A stretch of DNA of 64,000 nucleotides from Marsupella aquatica (lineage: Eukaryota; Plantae; Marchantiophyta): assembly GCA_973895155.1 (NCBI GenBank), contig OZ316895.1:16064816-16128815 (forward strand), in the 5' to 3' direction. Made by a program: the position numbers and the translations under genes. Shown here piece by piece: positions 11,397 through 25,303 of the stretch; the first letter of the stretch is position 1, and each line of letters opens with the position of its first letter. Under the pieces are notes generated by a model. The model did not search any database. It worked only from the letters and a program-made list of their open reading frames with translations, and had not been told where the DNA came from.

Positions 11397-14253
11397 CCTG
11401 CAATAAGCCCTCTTCCAAGAAAGAAAGCGCAAATTAATTTAAGAGATCTTGCCAATAATTAGGAAGTCAATATGAAGTTTAAACAATACCACATTCTGTG
11501 AGAGATATATTTGATGTGAGGAGAAGATTTAGAAAGCTAGAATGTATATATAGCTACCATACCAGAGTGAGAATCAAACATTTCTATAAAAACTCCCACA
11601 AAACTATTAAGCCCATTGGTTAGCAAATGAATGAATACATGCATAGCTTGGGAGGTCATGCAACTATATAAACCGGGTACAAAAAATCTATAAATGCATG
11701 CATATACTAGGAGGTCAACTATATAGTATTGTCAAACCACGCGTGATCCCCGGCCAAATAGACATTTGTTTTCATCCTGGTTTTGACAAGACTATAAATA
11801 AAATATATGAGCTAATTTGGAGTGTTGAAATAGAACATAAAAATGATATGTGTCACTCACGCTATGGATATAACAGTTAATTATATATATATAATTTTAA
11901 TAATTATAACTATATATACATATAATTTGTATATTTTGCTCAAAAATAAAGTCCAAAAGCACCTACACATAGTAGGTGAAACTCGTATGAAATAAACCAA
12001 ACCTGCATGGACTAGATTAAAACATAAAGATTGATCTGTTTGGATAAATTGTTATTTTCAATTTTGTCCAAAAATATATTGCCATTACCTTGATCCAAAT
12101 ATTTTGCCTGCACTAACTCTCTCTCACACCACTTCTCTCGTAAAGATACTTTGTCAGTGGCTAGAGCACTTTTGATTGAGATCGATTATGGCTCCATTCT
12201 TCCAATATTCTTTTCCCTTCACATATACACTTAGTTACTCTAACCATTTTTTTGAGTTAATTTAATAAAAAAGATAAACTTTAAAGTAGATTTAGGTAGT
12301 TAAATATCTTATCCGGCTTTCATGACAGATAAAATTTTGGGTAGATTGAATGCTTTACATTCTATTCATACCTCCTCAAGAAGTTTGCTTAATGATAAAA
12401 ACAAAATAAATTTAGTAATTTTCTTCAAAATGTATCTTTTATGTTCACAAGCTCTATGTTCTTGTTGCCAGGATTATAATAATTTTTTTGCTGTGAAGCT
12501 AAAAAAATTCTAACTTACATGAGCATTGTTGTATAATCCTATTTTTTGGAGACCATTGTTCTTGTTATAAATAGTAGTTTGACTAATTTTATTGCTATAA
12601 AACTACTAAGGATTTTATGTTTTGGAAGTATTGTTGACAAATTCTATTATATGAGAGCGTTGTTCTTATTACAAGAAGCACTTTAATTGTTTATCCTTGC
12701 GGAGCTACCAAACATTTCAAATAGGCATCTTTGATTAGTTTTTATTTGACTTTTAGGTGCACACATAGCTACTTTTTTATGGTAATAAAAATGTAAGTAA
12801 ACAATCAATGAAAGCATTTACCAATTATCATCTATTTGTAGTTGACTATCTCATGATTGTGTGTAAAATAGTTTGTCTTATTGTCATAGTCAATGGGGAT
12901 AGTTGGAGACAATGTAGCAGTCTATCCCTCCTTTAATTAGTTTCAATTTTACTCAAATAGGATTTAATTTATTATGTGATTAAAAATTTATTTTTGATTA
13001 TTATACTTTTCACACCGATCTAATAAGCTACTTTAAAATCTGATAGGCTAAAATAATGAAATAAGGGATACTACGGGTCAAAATTTGTTCACAGGTGTTT
13101 TAGAGGTTGAACTTGGGATGATTATACATGCATTAATTAAAAATAGAGAATATATTTAAATATATATATGTGTTTTCATTATAATTTTGTGTAAACTAAA
13201 ATAGGCCCTTGATCGAAGTCATATGATAGAAATAGATATGGATTACACATGACAGTTGGATGTCAAATTTATTTTATTAATCTCAAGATAATTTTTACAA
13301 AAATTATGTTACAAATAAGTACACTAAGTGCACATGTATTCCAGGAAACCTTTATATTAACCCAAATTACACCAAAATTATTCTAAAAGCAGGGTTTTAT
13401 TCTGCAATTCTAAAAACTAGCCAATTTTAACCAAAATTCTAAATGCAGGATCGACAACCAAATTAGCCAATTTTTCAGGATTTTTATTAAGATTCTAAAA
13501 ACTCTTTTAGTAGAAACCTAAGCATTTTTAAACTTTGATTTTTATTAGAGTCAACCTTCCAGTTCATATAAAAATGGGCAACCCTACTTATAATTAATAT
13601 ACCCAGGATTATGTGTTGACAGATGAACCACTAATACAGTGATGTGTTGCATTTCAAAATAAAGAATAACATCATGAAACTTACTCTTTCATGAGGTAGT
13701 ACCTGCTTACAATTCAAATATATATTAATGTTGCACACAAGAATACATTTGCAGGTTAGCTTTAATTCAATTGTAAATATTTGTTTAAATTCAGTAAAAC
13801 CCGACTTTCATCCTTTGCAGATCAGTCCCCATGTATTAATTAATTATGAGACAGTGGATCGGGGTCCATGGCTACTTGTGTGTTGCCGAATGTTGCACAC
13901 TCATGTACATGTTGTCTTTGAGTCATAGCAGTTGTTTACTCAACAACATAGTTAATACTTGGACCGCACCATGATCGTGGGAAAGAAGCAAATTAATGGA
14001 CATACATATGCCCGGCCTAAGGGTAGATCCATGCCCTGGCCCACTTGAGCACTGTAGGATTAGTGTTAGATCACTGTTTGAAAGTTGTAATATAAGACAG
14101 AAGCCAGGGTAAAAGTAATCATTCTAAGTGACCAGTCTTTTTTTATGAGATACTCAAAAACTTGTCTAATATAATAACAATAGAACTTGAGTCTCTACGT
14201 ACATATAGCAAGGGTAATCTTGGCAGCCATAAAATTTGTAAGTCAACTACATA

Positions 14254-14709
14254 CACTATTCACCATAATTAGTGTGACTAACATTACTTGGAGAGCTTCC
14301 CATTTTCACTGTCTACTCTCGAATTAGTATTAGTCACACTAATTTTGTGCTAACACTATTTTTGGGCACATGAATTAGTGTTACTATGGTCTTAAGAGTG
14401 GCAAAATAGAGAGAAAAAAAACTATTTAAAAAAATCCACAACAATTAGTGTTACTTTAGAATAAATACTATCCATTTTTTACAAGAAATTTAAACTAGAG
14501 TGAAAAAAATGTGTTTTGAAAACCGACAAAACATTAGTGTTACTTGGACTGAAAATCATTAGTAACACTAATTTTGGTCCAAGTAACACTAATTACCTGT
14601 ACATGTAATTAATGTTATGCAAGAATTAGTGTTAGCACAATTTTGAGTTAGTAACACTAATTTTGTACTAACACTAATTCTTGCATAACACTAATTATGG
14701 TGAACAGTG
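14254..14709. mobile_element. MITE, TA TSD (Tc1/mariner-like), TIR CACT(G/A)TTCACCATAATTAGTGT
   Basis: TA-CACTATTCACCATAATTAGTGT ... ACACTAATTATGGTGAACAGTG-TA; internal AATTAGTGTTA/TAACACTAATT repeats. Confidence 0.9.
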
Positions 14710-15174
14710 TAGGTTAACTACTGGCGGTGGTTTACAAGCGGGTCTAAATTAAATATGCAAGTTCTGTTAATTTTTTTCCTTTTCTTTTTTAACTAATTTT
14801 TATGTAACTCCTTTTTAAGACTTGGTGATGATTGACTGAAATGATTGCAATACACATTTATTAGTAGAACCATTGTATAAATTTAACTGGGTATCTCAAG
14901 TTAGCGAAATAATGTAACTGTTGAAAAGAGACCGTGAGAGCTCGACGTGCCACATGTCCAAAACTCTTAAAATCCATCATTGGTATTTCCATTGTCTTGT
15001 ATATTGAAGAGTCTACTAGATGTGTCATGTTTTGGTTGATCCTCTGCGTTGATCTCAGTTGTTGAAGAGATGAGGAAGAGATGTGTCAAGTGTGTCAAAA
15101 ACTATTAAAACCCATTCCATAAGCAATTTTTAACAATTAAGCTAGCAATCAAAGATACATCATGCTATACTTTC

Positions 15175-16400
15175 AATCATGGATCTGGTTTTTGCAAGCC
15201 TGAGTTTCATGGAAGCCACCAATGGAATAGATCTAGCATATGTATGGCCCAATGTTTTAACATCAGCCTGGCCCATCCAATTTTTGCTAGAAGGTGAGTG
15301 TCGTGAATGCAAAGGAGGAGTGGTTGTACTTAATTTTGCATGGTGGCCTTCCTTTGCATTAAGGCCACCATGCATGCTTTCTGGTGCCTTAATATGAACA
15401 AGATCTAGTTAACACATGTGAGCTTGCCATCATTGATTAAATTAGGAAACACTTTGGGTCATATACTCTAACTTCAGTCCTTATATGTTCATGCCAAGTT
15501 GAATCTTCTTAAAGATCTTGTGTGACTGGTCAATTGTAGTTAATTTGTATATTTTATTGCACTACCAAAAAATATTGCATAGATTTATGTAAGTTATGCC
15601 AGCATTATTAGTTTTGTCTAAGTGTTGAAAAGTCTACTAGATATGTCTTGTTAATCTTAATTAATCTTGTGAGGGAGAAGCATGTCAGGTGACTATGTCA
15701 AAAGCTATTAAACTCATCTCATGCATGGACAATTCTTAGCAAACAATTAAAGAATCTATTTTAGATTCTTTTTTTAAGATTGTTTGTTAAAAATTGCTCA
15801 TTGGATGAGTTTTAGTAGTTTTTGACATACGTGACGTGACATGCTTCTCCTCGCAAGATTAATAAGATCAACAAGACATACCTAGTACTTAGACTTTTCA
15901 ACACCTAGACAAAGCTAGTAATGCTGGCATAACTGACATAAATCTATGCAACTATAATTCTTAGTAGTATTGCTAATATAATATTACAAATATAATTTAT
16001 TTATTTATATTACAACTGATCAGACATTATATATATAATATATTACAATTGATCAGACAACTCAGATCTTGCACAAGATTTAATTTGGCATGGATATTTA
16101 AAGACTGAACATGGAGATATCCAAAATGCTTACTAATTCAATCAATGGTGGCAAGCTTATATATATTTACTATCTTGTTCATACAGGTAGCACTGGCAAG
16201 CATGTATGGTGACCACAATGCAGGGAGGGATTTGCTTAAAATTCCTCCTCATTTATGTCACTTACCTTCACGCAAAATTTGGATGCATGGCTGATGAACC
16301 TACGACATCATGCCTTTGGGATCTTGGGACATCCGTATGCTATCTACTCCATTAGTAGCTGCCATGAAACTCAGAATGCGGAACCCAGATCTCGATTCAT
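15175..16400. repeat. Long imperfect palindrome, ~600-bp arms, centre ~15760
   Basis: Centre AAAGAATCTATTTTAGATTCTTT. TTGCATAGATTTATGTAAGTTATGCCAGCATTA pairs with TAATGCTGGCATAACTGACATAAATCTATGCAA; CTGAGTTTCATGG pairs with CCATGAAACTCAG. Confidence 0.9.
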
Positions 16401-17825
16401 GAAACTCAATGGGGTCATAGTCCATATAATTATTCAAGCGGAATAATTAAGAAGCTCTTCTAGCATATATATCTCAAGTAATTGCATGGGGGTCTTGAAC
16501 ATGGAAGAAAGCCTTAAATAGTAGCCCAATTTACATGTTGCCCTGAGAAATCTGATCGGAAGATCATCACTGTGCCATTTGATGGCAGGGCCAAGTACAA
16601 GCTTTCATTTAAGTACTAGCTCCAACCCATGAGAATCTGATCAGCCCTAAGGATCGAACCCTTGTGGCCAAAAATGAACTAAGTAATTCATTTGAGTTGG
16701 AATACTAAATCTTGAGAATGCGAGTCCTAAGAGATGGCAATAAATCACTACCAGTCAATGAGAAACAAGAAAGAAGCAAAACATGAATGGCAGTTGCAAC
16801 TAATACGAAGCATGGAAGTCAAGGACCGAGGCTGTTATCTGAAAATAGACGATCACAATAGTTGTCTGACTGCATTGGAGATCGGCCGTCTGATGGTAGA
16901 AACGCGTCTTCTGAGGTCCTCAAGCACATTCGTTGGAACTATGTTCAGCAACAACGTACGCGCTTGCTCTCGGGTGAACACCATCTGTGATCTACGTCGA
17001 TCAGACTGAGCATTTTCTCAATCTTGCAAAGAACTTCTGAAAGATGTATCAAAGAACCGTGAAAGTCTGTGAAACATCACTCCAGATCGACAGCAGAATC
17101 TCGGTTGAAATTTACAACGAAAGTTGGCAGAACCAAAACAACGTTGCACATTCAATGAGGAACACCCTTTCTGCTATGACGAACAGAACTGCAATCTACA
17201 ATAATCATGAATGACAAACCATGACGCCAGGAGGCCGATCGTGTGACAAAATGACTTACTGTACAAAGGTGGGAGCTTCATTACAGAAATGATAACATAT
17301 ATCTCAACAAGGGTGTGAACCACAAGACGCTCTCAGATATGATCTATATGTACATCGACCTTAATTAAACTTCTGGACTAACCGAACTAGTAAGAGTTAC
17401 AGCCTCTCTAGCATTCCATATACAAGTTTGCTAAAGCTCCAATTGTAAATGTACATCGACCTCAACTTTCAGAACTAACCCTCAGACTGACCGAAGTGGT
17501 GAGAACCATAGCTTTCGTCTAGGATTCCATCGAAAGACTTGCTAAAGACGAAACATTCTGAGTGAAAACTATGGAACTGTACGTGTGAGAGGTCACCTGC
17601 CAAATGCTCAAGACATGAATGGAGTCCCCAATGGAGTCCTGGCCAACGCGAAGTGGTCGACAAGAAGTCGAAGCACTTGAATGTTTCGTTACGTTGAACT
17701 CCGCGTGCTAGCTAGGAAGTGACGAGTCGTTCATTTCCACATTGGATGATCGATGCATACTGCGCCAGACCGTCCGTGGAAGCACTTCGACATTACATTA
17801 TAGGGTGGAGGCAGTAAGGCAGTTT

Positions 17826-18005
17826 TTATTTCCTCGACAACGACCTTCGATTCTCCCTTGAACTTGAGAGCTTCCTAGTAAGCCTCTCGTCTGTGCACAG
17901 ATGTAACCGCTGAGTCGTGATTTCGTTGTTGCCATCATCCGCGTTAAGCCAGTCCGGAGGGTCAACATCCGTGAATATGTCAGCCGGATCCATGAGTGAT
18001 CCCAT
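17826..18005 (-). CDS. Candidate 59-aa small ORF (MGSLMDPADIFTDVDPPDWLNADD...SLSRK)
   Basis: ATG to TAA open frame, downstream of a TATAAAAG (~18289, - strand) and a short GTAAGT...ACAG 5'UTR-like intron. No homology recognised. Confidence 0.3.
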   Translation of the reverse strand: MGSLMDPADIFTDVDPPDWLNADDGNNEITTQRLHLCTDERLTRKLSSSRENRRSLSRK

Positions 18006-18944
18006 TGAACTGGACTACGTATGTCGTATCGATATCAAACCCTCGTCTGTTTAGAGAGTAGAGCTGGAGATGTTAAATCCACACTGAAAGCTAGTTCTGC
18101 TCACTTTCAGACTTACTAAGTACTCTTTCTGACGACCGGCGTTTAGAGATAAAAGGAGGGAGTAGACACGACGGGTGATCGAATGATCTGAGTAGGTCAG
18201 CAAGGATTGAGTACTGGGTTTGTCTCTCGGCAAAAACTGATCACAGAAAGGCTTGAATGGCGAACGCTGAGGTTTTGTATCCTTTTATAGATGAATGGCC
18301 AAGCCCTACGCGTTGAGAAATCCGAAAGGCCACGGTGATAACCGCCAAAATGCACCCTAGCTATTGACCTACCACCAGTTGAGCCTGGACAGACGAGCAA
18401 GTGGAATTTCAAAGTCGCTACGCGCTTCCCATGAGTCGACAGCGAACCCTGGAATCACCTAAAACCAAGTCAGATTCCGTGTTTCGAAATATTGTATATT
18501 AGTTCTGCTACGCTAGAAAGGCCGACCACACAACTGATAAGCAAGTTAGTCGATCGAGTTGTTCGAATCAGAGACATTCACAAATGGCACTGTACTGGGA
18601 CTCGACTGGACTGGACTGATCTGGACTTTTACACCATCCAAATCAAAGCAGCTCCATCCATTTAGCATACAATCAAGGATCCCGGCCGATTATTCATCTT
18701 CAAAATCAATCTCGTGCGAGGCAGCTGAGAGAATGCACCTAAATCGAGCTTCTCGTTCACGGTAGAACTGAATGACCCCCGTCTGAGTGCGTCCATACTT
18801 TTCGGCATGTGTTCGAACGAGTCAAGCATCGAATTACCAACTTATTACTCAAGTCGGGTTTTGAGGCCCACGCCTTCTTCCTCAGCACTATCTCGCTCAC
18901 CCTCTCACGCTTTCTCAACCACGTCGTGTCGTCCTCCGTCAAGT

Positions 18945-19620
18945 ATTGACCTCCGTCGTCGAAGTAAGGGCTGACCACAGTGCGACCGCAGCCCTCGTGT
19001 GCAATTACAGTAACTTCGTAATTGTCCTTACAAGTGGACAGTATTAAGGGCAGGTCAATAGTCAGCCCAGGGTCCAAGGATGTGACCGTCCCTGTCCCTT
19101 CTTGTTGTTGAAGCTAGGAGCCACAAAATGCTGCTTTAAGATTTGATTTGCACCTTTCCAAAGGAATAAAGGGAAGCCCACCATAATTGGATATGCAAGG
19201 TCAATTAAACCTCCACTCTTGCCCAAAATGTGGTAGCACAAAAATGTGGTAGGACAGGGCCCTTGCCCCAATATCTTAAGGTTCTGGTCAACATAAGTAA
19301 CTGCTTTCTCTACCACGTCATGTTGTCATCCTTCAAGTTGAGAGAAGGAGTTCAGGCCAAACCCTGACCGCAACATGAATGTTGGGCTTGTCCAGAATTA
19401 CAGCAACTTCATCGTTGTCATTACAAGGGGACAGTAAGTCAGTCAGCCCAGTGAGGGAGCAAACTTATGACAGTCCCTTCTCTTTTTGAGGCATGCAACC
19501 ACGAAATTTTGCTTTAAGGTTTTCCTTGCACCAAGTGAATTATCTTTTGAAGGGTAGAAAATGAAAGTCCCGGGGAAAGTCCACCATGGTTGGACATGCA
19601 AGGGACCCTTAAACCTCCAT
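18945..19620. repeat. Diverged tandem duplication, ~395-bp unit
   Basis: AATTACAG.AACTTC.T..TTGTC.TTACAAG.GGACAGTA at ~19003 and ~19397; AGTCAGCCCAG, GCTTTAAG and ATGCAAGG are also repeated. Confidence 0.7.
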
Positions 19621-21879
19621 TCATTTGTCACCCACTCAAAATAGCAGGTCTCCCCCTGGCTTTTCTATTTTCTTCAAGAGATTTATTTGTTTATTATGGG
19701 GTTTGGTCAAGTTGAGGTGTGACAGTGGTGGTTTAAGGTCATTCAGGTCTGGTTGTATAATGTATATTAATGCAAGACCCGAATGACCCCCGGCAACACC
19801 AATTCAGGTCATTATAGCAAGCTTGAATGGGGGTCTCACTGTCTGGAGCTCCTCACATCACTTGTGACATTTTCAGGTCAAGTACACCCTAAACCTTAAG
19901 AAAACCAGTTTTCTTTAGCTGTTTTATCCGCTTAATGTGGACCGAATATTTCAAAACTTGCCTTTCAAAACCCCAGGCATTAAAGATCTTAAACAAATCA
20001 GTCTTTGGAAGTTTTCTTTCAGAGCCAGTAAAACAACTCTATGCTTTGTTGCACATGATATGCCATTTTTGCAAAAGTGAGACCCCCGAGATAGCAACTC
20101 ATTGTCATGTAAACAAGCTGGTAATGGTTGGGGCATTCAAGGTCACTCCCAATCCGGCCAGTGCAATGTAGTGATTAACTTTGTTACTTGGTCCATAGGA
20201 TTAGCAACTTATGTCTTTCCACATGTTCACCATTCTCTAGTTGTAAGTTTGTATTGTTGATGAAACATCAGACTAGTTTTTTAGCTGGGATGAACACTAG
20301 GTAACTTTCACACAATTGACACTGGTAAGCTGCCAATCATGGATTGGCTGCACAAACTTATTAAAGTCATCTTAGTCATTGGAATATGTTCTTTTACCAT
20401 TGTTGGGGACTCTCGAGCTTTTTGGCTCTTTGGCCTTCCTGGGTTTTTCCCTTGTTTTCCTCCTGCCAGCCTTCATTCATGTAGCCACTTGGAACTTGGC
20501 TACATCCTAGCCAAAGTGACCCAGAAGGTGACCTGCGGCCCCACCTGCGCCTCTCAGTGTCCCAGCCAGGATCCAAGAGCCAAAATCAAGAAGATATGAA
20601 AGATCGGAGAGAGGAGTAGAGTGATTGAGCAGAGCCCACTGAGGGGAGCCGACTAATGTGCAAGTGAGGGAGGGAGAGTGGAGAAGTGGCCTGTCTGATG
20701 CTTAAGTGGGAAGGAGGGATCGGAGTAACCATACAAGCTAGTGCTCAAGGGAGAACTGCGAGCAAGCAAGCTGGGAAATTTCCGCACATGAGTGGCTGCT
20801 CAGGTCTCACATGTTACATGGAGGCCCCCAAATCACCCACAATATTTTTAGATCTCAGACATCCTTATACTTAGGAATAAAACTAAGGTTTTTTATTTTT
20901 TACCCCTACTAATTTGGAATATCCACAAGTTTATTTGAAAACATTACCTTTTCTTTGAGCACAAAATAAAATTTAGAAACCCTAAGTAACGTTCTTCCAC
21001 AAAAAAATTTAAAATCTTCTCTTAAATCCAATAAAGTGACCTATGTTTCATTGTATAAGGTGTGTACGTTGTTTGTGCAAAAGTGAGACCACAAAAGCAG
21101 CTGGGCGACAGGCTCCACCCTGACATGAGTATTGATGCGGCAGTAGTTGGTGAGCAAAGGCCTTTGGTTTCTTTTCGTTTGGTTGCCTTCGCCACTTTCT
21201 TGAGTTTTTTGCTTTTGGGATCCTGTCTCCCTGTCAAGAGCTTATTGATCTTTTGCTTCTCTTGCCTCTTGGATCCTGTCTCCTCAACACATTCTTTGTT
21301 CTTTTTCTTTGGCAGTGTTTTATATATGATATATATATATATATATAAATACAAAAGTATATCGATACTAAAGTAGAGTCGTTGCATTAAAATATTCAAA
21401 TTCGATTTCATCAAAGAATCTTGTGATATGCCACATTAGGTTGTCCCTATTAACGTTGTCCATATTACCCTTGTCCTTATCGGGGTATGGACGCGTAATG
21501 GATGCTCTTGCTAACACATGTTTCATTTTTTGTCTCCCTTAATGACTTTAACAGCATCTTAGAAAGTTAGGTTTTTGATTTTAATTCTTAAATAATTATA
21601 TCGTTGTGACTTGCGAAAAGTATTTAGATTGGGTGTGTGGAGCAAAGCAACCTAAAAGTCAATGCTGTGGTGCATCACTTGTCCTTGTCCATTTATAATG
21701 AAATTTAATATTTATTGTGTAAAATTAGATAAGCTATGTCACTGAAGAAATATCACCTGAAAAGCTCATAAGGGATTTTCTGTAAAGGAAAGTCAGAACA
21801 AAAATATTTGTTATTATTATCAATACATAATAATTATGCAATATGCTACTAGTTTTTGTTGATGCTATCCCAAGATGAT

Positions 21880-22450
21880 GTTCCCCATAATTGACCATCA
21901 AGTGTAAGAGTTTGACAATCCTAGACTTGTGGAGCCATCAATCGCCAGGGGTATGTTGTTCCCATGGAAGAAACCCATCACGTGTGAATAAGAATAGTGT
22001 TGCAAAAGACTTATGAAGAATCTACGTGGAAGTGAAAATTCAGAAATATCATGTGTTGTCACATCATTGGTTTGAGCTATTTAGTTTTTTAGTTCATAAG
22101 AGGTTTCAAAACAACCAAAACCTTCTAATATGATGTGGAGTGCCTACCAAAGGTGACCCCTCAGACTCCTAAGGGTCACTATTTGGATAGCACTTATATC
22201 ATTTAAACAGTGAGTTTTGGTTTTGAACCCTTATCAATTCAACTTGCAAATACGTAGCTCTAAACCAATCATCTGTGACACATGGCATCTTTAATCTTTG
22301 AGCCCTTACTTCCATAAAAATTCTTGGATCTCAATTTTTTTTTTAAATGGCTTGTCAAACATAATAGTCACTCACTAAAGGGTCACAGATTCTGTTCTTG
22401 GGCATCATTGATAGTCATAAAAAAGGTCAATTTACTGTGCAAATGGGGTA
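21880..22450. mobile_element. Degenerate foldback/MITE-like inverted repeat centred ~22165
   Basis: GTGACCC/GGGTCAC core; TGTCACA.CATTGGTTTGAGCTA pairs with TAGCTCTAAACCAAT...TGTGACA. Confidence 0.65.
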
Positions 22451-24743
22451 TTAAGCCTATGTAATTAAATCAAAATAAAGTTAAGCCATAGTGAGAGCTT
22501 ACCAAGGAGAGGCTAAAGGTACGTATGCAAATTTTGTAGCATTATTAGCTAATTTGTCTTGTAGCAAGATAAAAAGGTATAGATGCTATATACTGAGCTG
22601 AAATTTATAAAAAAAACTTCTTTAAATTAGATTAATTCTTCTTGAAATTATTAATGCAAGTCTATTATCGGAATGAAAGGGACCCTTGCCAAAAAACATT
22701 TATGTGATATGGCCCTACTGACTTTTGTTACAAACTAGGCCCCCCACAAAAATGTTGTTACATACTAGGCCCCCTACATAGGTTCCATACACATGGTTGT
22801 TATGTGGTGCCTAACTGCATGGCCAACCATACATTTTCCACCGTGCACCATGTCATAGTCCACCGCATGTGCCTCTATGCTTGAAGACATAATGGATTAT
22901 GTCTTTGAATAACATGATTAAAAAGTTTTAGGGGATCCCCGCTAGATGATAGCAGGTTTGTACAACATGTAGTCTAGTTCTTGCAGACTAACAAAAAAGT
23001 TCCTGTTACTTACTAGGATTGACTCCATGCGGGACTCCATGCTGTCTTTGTTTCACATTTAGACAGTTTTTGAAAGTTGCAACAAGGGCAAACAACCAAA
23101 GTAAAAGATACTTGGTTCATTCCATACTTAGACAAATTTGGGGCCTAGATATGAGACCCTCCCACACTTTGGACAATTTTTGAACATGGCAGCAGAGGCC
23201 AATGGCCAAAAGTAGAGAATTCATTCCATGTTTAGACGAAAGAATAAAGAGAAGCGTCAAAACATCATGCAAACCCTATGCATAATTTGCATGAAGCAAC
23301 CAAAGACGGACGGTATGGTAGAAATTCAATGTTAACATGCAAAATTTGGGTTGTGAGTCACAAGACTGTTCACTTTAAAGCATCATCTCTTACCCATAAG
23401 TGCACAATGGTACAGGTTTTTACTTAGTATGTAGTACTGTAAACCCCTGTTAGGTGCACACTGGATGCTTCTTAATAGGAGTGTACACTTAGAGAGAGCC
23501 TGTAAGTATCACAATTGTGTGTACCCTCATTTGGAATCTAGAGGTACAAGCCAGGTATATTAATCTGGTTAAGATCATGAACAATTATATCCTAACTTGT
23601 ATACCAAAGCAAAGTATAGTCCAATGGTTAGAGCACTCCCACCAGTGCCCTAGCTAGTAAAGTGACTTGAAACCTCAACACAAAATGCGTGCAAGGTGCC
23701 AGTGCCAATGCACAAGCAAACTCAAGTGCATGTATCTTAGCTTGCACATTGATTGAATCTCATCACATTTCATCGATAGATATTGGTATCACCCTATTCA
23801 TTAAAAGTGTATTTTACTTTGTTCACTTTTAGCCAAGCCTCTAAATGTTCACTTTGGGTCTCTAAATATATAGTTTTTAACCCCAAAAGGTACACTATAG
23901 TACAATACTCTACACCTAAATGGTTAATTGTAAACTTGAGGGGGCAAAAAGGATCTTTACTAGAAGGAGTCTCATCCTAGTTCATTTACAAAGGATGAAC
24001 ATGGTGGAACGTCTCATGGTCATCACCTTTATTTCTTGCCCAAATTATGTACACTTTTTGAAAGTCAAATGTACAGTTTCAATTTAGTAGTTTTGTTAAA
24101 GAAATATAGGGGTGTCTTAATCCAATTATGAGACTTATAAGAACTATAGGGCTTTTTTAATATCAAATGTCAGAATATTCCATAAATTTAGGGGTTAAGA
24201 AATACTAAAAATCTACTTTATTTTCTTACGTTTTAAGGTGTTTATTACTTGAAAATTAACTTTGCGTGTGATATATCTGGGACCTCCCTTGGACTGGCCC
24301 TTGGAGTGAGGGCCCGAGGCTGGTCCAAGCCCATCAAATTGTTTGACTATTTGGCTCACACGCAGAATATTTAAAATAAGATTCATATTTGGGGGAAAAT
24401 TCTAGAATAATTGCACAATGAAAGTCGAATGACACTAGACAATGTATCCAGGGTGAGATGAGAGTACCTCCAGATTCCAGCAAACAATCCAGGCTGTTTG
24501 TAGGGGGTTCAAAGAGCCCGGCAACTTAACGAATGGTAATATTTACTTTTCCGGACTCCTTGGCATATATAGGAAAGATCATATAACGAATGGGTGCAAG
24601 TATAAATACATACTTACTAGAGATGATGGAGCCTTTAAGTTGTACATCAATGATGAGACTCGCAACAAAAGCAAGGTTTGTCAAGTCTCTAAATGTAAAA
24701 ATCTAATTTGTGTGTGCCTAACATTTTTAAACACTAACTACTA

Positions 24744-24950
24744 CACTGTTCACCATAGTTAGTGTGACTAACACTAATTTGAGAGCGCCCAGTTTCAGGA
24801 TCTACCCGCAAATTAGTGTTAGTCACACTAATTTTGGGCTAACACTACTTCCGTGCACATGAATTAGTGTTAGTATGGTCAAAAGAGTGGAAAAATAGAG
24901 GGGAAATTATTTTTAAAAATACACGTACTAAATAATTATGGTGAACAGTG
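24744..24950. mobile_element. Short internally deleted copy of the same MITE, TA TSD
   Basis: TA-CACTGTTCACCATAGTT ... AATTATGGTGAACAGTG-TA; the first ~170 bp are colinear with the 14254 copy. Confidence 0.9.
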
Positions 24951-24989
24951 TACTAACATTTTTTAACACTGATATTTGCATATTTGTTT

Positions 24990-25303
24990 TATTAGTCATT
25001 AGTCACAGTTGTCCGAAATGACATCCCATATGTAAAACATTGATATGACAGGGTTTTTGTCAATTGTGTCATTGACGGAGACTAACCAAAATGACCACAA
25101 CTCAGAAGTGTTGTCATTATAGGAGTCAAAGTCATTTGGCTCATTGGTTGAACTCTATTTAAATTATTAGTCATTTTTTTCACTCAGTCATTATATATAG
25201 ACAGCCATTTATGTGTCATTCATGTCTTGTCATTGAAATATTGTCATTTGGGCACATAACTTATATGTGTCATAGTCATAAAAGGCCCCATTTTCTACTA
25301 GTG
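24990..25303. mobile_element. Orphan CACTA/EnSpm terminus with subterminal GTCAT repeats
   Basis: TTTTCTACTAGTG is the reverse complement of CACTAGTAGAAAA; it is preceded by many GTCAT motifs. Partner TIR not found. Confidence 0.7.

Noticed and set aside
11724-13634. Possible hAT- or pogo-like decayed element
   Set aside because: Only a loose inverted similarity at the ends, no TSD, and no convincing transposase motif.
21022-21414. Lys-rich 130-aa ORF
   Set aside because: Runs through a (TA)n microsatellite and has no recognisable family.
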